Virus record (IMG/VR): IMGVR_UViG_3300009101_000006
Coordinates: 3,247 to 67,246 of that record
Direction: 5' to 3' (one strand)
Length of the DNA stretch: 64,000 nt
Source of the DNA: a virus
Lineage: Duplodnaviria; Caudoviricetes
Shown: piece by piece, positions 63,755-64,000 of the stretch
Numbering within the stretch: the stretch's first letter is position 1
Layout of the letters: every line of letters starts with the position of its first letter
Made by a program: the position numbers and the translations under genes
Notes under the pieces: model-generated
What the model was told of the DNA's origin: nothing
Database searches by the model: none
Seen by the model: the letters and a program-made list of their open reading frames with translations, nothing else

Positions 63755-64000
63755 TCAGTCCTCGTTCTTCCCGGCGCGCAGCGGCTTCACACCGGCATTC
63801 TTGAGATACCAGTTATCAACCAGCGATTCCGGGACTTCCTGGACACCGGCTCCAAACGCGATCTTGCACCGACGATGGTAGACCGGGTTCGCGTGGTCCG
63901 GGACGGGATCCGCCCAGATGAACATCGGGTGCGGGAACATCATGAGAACGACGTCATCGTCGGGACGCGCCTGACGTCCGGGCGTGGACTGAGTAATCGG
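63755..64000 (-). CDS. Small post-capsid protein (5' end outside or near window edge)
   Basis: FGAGVQEVPESLVDNWY pattern in the usual position after the capsid gene; frame appears open toward the edge. Confidence 0.55.
   Translation of the reverse strand, partial: PITQSTPGRQARPDDDVVLMMFPHPMFIWADPVPDHANPVYHRRCKIAFGAGVQEVPESLVDNWYLKNAGVKPLRAGKNED

Noticed and set aside
1-64000. Prophage, tRNA, rRNA, intron/intein or DGR
   Set aside because: No integrase, repressor cassette, host genes, cloverleaf, homing endonuclease, intein motifs or reverse transcriptase seen; the missing few kb cannot be assessed.

Overview
The window is almost entirely one circularly permuted, high-GC dsDNA tailed phage genome, a contractile-tail myovirus with about 100 densely packed CDSs. 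It starts inside a DUF2213-type prohead protease (truncated at position 1) and ends in the neck genes (truncated at 64000), so the capsid genes probably lie just outside and the genome is probably a few kb longer than the window. Layout: (i) leftward head/packaging operon at 1-8506 (MuF, DUF1073-type portal fused to a pyrophosphatase-like domain, TerL/TerS, a NusG paralogue); (ii) a non-coding control region at ~8510-9120 with 21-bp periodic repeats; (iii) small rightward genes ending in a VRR-NUC-like nuclease; (iv) leftward early genes (DenV-like glycosylase fused to a histone-H1-like protein, MoxR AAA plus partner, four paralogous small domains); (v) a leftward replication and nucleotide-modification operon (PolA, dUMP hydroxymethylase, 5-hmU DNA kinase-like protein, P-loop kinase, two GT-A proteins, nucleotidyltransferase, APH-like kinase, UDG-like, HD, HAD, Nudix, UvrD, AEP primase, SSB); (vi) a rightward SNF2 helicase; (vii) leftward lysis, fibre, baseplate, tail and neck genes of Bcep781/phiPLPE-like type. 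No integrase, tRNA, rRNA or CRISPR array was seen, which fits a virulent phage. The host is possibly alphaproteobacterial (weak inference). The two most notable items are a thymidine hypermodification cluster with no recognisable amino acid:DNA transferase but with a kinase + nucleotidyltransferase + two glycosyltransferases, and tail-fibre/head-module proteins carrying Sec signal peptides and paired cysteines. All family assignments come from recognising motifs by eye; no database search was run. Many start codons were re-assigned by hand from the ORF track.
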